This document shows positions 62,274 through 64,000 of a stretch of 64,000 bases of DNA, one piece after another. The translations under genes were made by a program, and so were the position numbers. The notes below the pieces were generated by a model. It saw only the letters and a list, made by a program, of their open reading frames with translations, did no database searches and was not told the DNA's origin. Source of the stretch: Spongospora subterranea f. sp. subterranea. Taxonomy: Eukaryota. The stretch is taken from the NCBI GenBank assembly GCA_049724395.1, contig JAUGWO010000045.1:62001-126000 (forward strand), in the 5' to 3' direction. Numbering within the stretch: the first letter of the stretch is position 1; every line of letters starts with the position of its first letter.

Positions 62274-64000
62274 TTAGATGACGTCAAAATCAGTCATGAT
62301 ATTGGATTGCCTGGACCGATTCAACGATGGAATTCCACCACGAGCTGATATCGCTTTCGCATATGTCATGGGGATAATCCACTTCGGTCGAACGGGCATC
62401 GTGACAGCGACACTCTCAGCAATCTCGGGCACGATTTCATCTGGTTTAAATTCAATGAAGTCGTCTTCCTCGCAGATGAATGACAGATCGTGTCCATCGT
62501 CATCGTCTCTGGAATCGACGACGGCTTCGTCCCCATTCCCAGTCGTAGCGCCATCGCCGAAGAATCGGTGCAGTTTCGACTGGATTAGAGTCTGATCAAG
62601 GGAACCGGATGGCGCTAATGTGCTAAGCCGCAGGCCCATTAACCGTAATCTCAACGGATATAACGATCTTAACAGCAATAACCCATGATGAACCATATCC
62701 TCAACCGACGATATATATCTGAGACCCAAAAACGAAATCAGACGATGGACTTGTCGGAATTTGTAATGCGATTTCAAACATTGGCAGAGTGACCGATTTG
62801 GAGGTCACTTTGAAATCCACCGATTTTACAGTAATGGTTAAGGTCTTGCCTTTGTGACCATCCAGATCCTTAAACAACTTCAGGGCGAGGTCCGATAGTT
62901 TCCCCTCCAGATCTTTGGGTTGACTCAGCTCTCGAAACGTTCTCGACACACTGATGCTTTTTCCGTTCCTGATATTCCCGATCAAATTCCGAGCGCTGCG
63001 ATCGCCCGATCCCGACGACGGCCCGAGTCAGCCAGTCCATCGAATGTGGTGTGAACACCAGCTTGGCAATAGCGACCTGCCTGAAATCTTGGTGTGCATT
63101 GGTCGCCATCAATGATGAAACAAACCTGATCGACAAACTGCCCACAGGTCTCAACCCCAATCCCTTTCAATATCTGAAACACTCATAATGATCTCACTGA
63201 TCGATATTCCAAACTTCGCCTGAACTTACCCGTTCAGTGACCCGACCGATTCCAGGTATTTTCCTACACGGAAGAGTGTTCATGAAAGAACGAATGGCGT
63301 CTGCGTCGCTGTTCAACAGGTATTGCCCATTGGGCTTGTTCATATCGGAGCATATCTGATCATTGGTTGAAATTCAGCGAGCAGGGCGAAGAGTCTCGGT
63401 TAAGAGAAGACGCACCTTAGCCAGCATCTGATTACACGCAATGCCGGCGCTGGCCGTCAACTGAGTCGCCTCGAAGATGCGCCGGCGAATGATCTCGGCG
63501 ATTTCCGATCCAGAAATCGCCGGCGACGATGAGTTGATGTAATCGGTGACGTCCAAAACTGCTTCGTCAAGTGACCATGAGCTGAAACTCGGATCATATT
63601 CGGCAAAGATTGCTCGAAACTGATCAGCGGCACGCTGATACGCAGGAAAATCTGGAGACGTTTTCCATATTAGAAAACGTGATCGGAACTGTTTCGGGGG
63701 CGATAACCACCGTGTTTGACAAAAACGAGTTGCGGGCAGAGTTTGAGGGCAATGAACCCTGGCATAGCGCTACGAACACCGTATTGCCGAGCGACGTATG
63801 AGGCAGTAGATATCATCTGGGTCGATCCAACCGCCACCGGCTTATCATGTAGGTCGGGATTATCTCGTATGGCGACGGCGCTGAATAAAGCCAAAAACGC
63901 TGAATCAGACCGGGGAAATCGAGTTATTTCGAAAAGGAATTAGGAGCAGACGCGTAGAACATGTCAAGGTCGATGCAGATCCATGTGCGATTAAGTTGCA
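62274..64000 (-). CDS. POLK: DNA polymerase kappa (DinB family), 5' end outside the window
   Basis: CIDLDMFYA, PVAVGSTQMISTASYVARQYGVRSAMPGFIALKLCP, SLDEA, LTASAGIACNQMLAK, SDMNKPNGQ and RKSISVSRTF. Apparent 1-nt insertion at about 62960. Confidence 0.93.

Overview
Gene-dense eukaryotic nuclear DNA with many short (about 50-60 nt) GT-AG introns, so most ORFs in the track are exon fragments. Ciliary genes (DZIP1-like, TMEM138, a long coiled-coil protein), moderate GC and compact spacing indicate a flagellated protist; a plasmodiophorid such as Spongospora is my unverified guess. About 30 protein genes are supported, including MAP2K, DBP2/DDX5, mitochondrial EF-Ts, succinyl-CoA ligase alpha, YJU2, codanin-1, ARL1-like, CTL/PNS1, adenylosuccinate synthetase, proteasome beta5, TFIP11, Mn-CDF, RagC/D and DNA polymerase kappa. 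Accessory DNA comprises a 55-copy 37-bp minisatellite, a full-length Mutator-like element with TSD and asymmetric ends, a second decayed MULE, a collapsed Copia relic, an internally deleted IS630/Tc1-like element and a 660-bp TIR element. The most interesting signal is a 251-nt DBP2 intron that folds into a long nested stem-loop, a candidate autoregulatory RNA element. Single-base frameshifts in several conserved genes look like assembly errors. All calls come from reading by eye; no searches were run.
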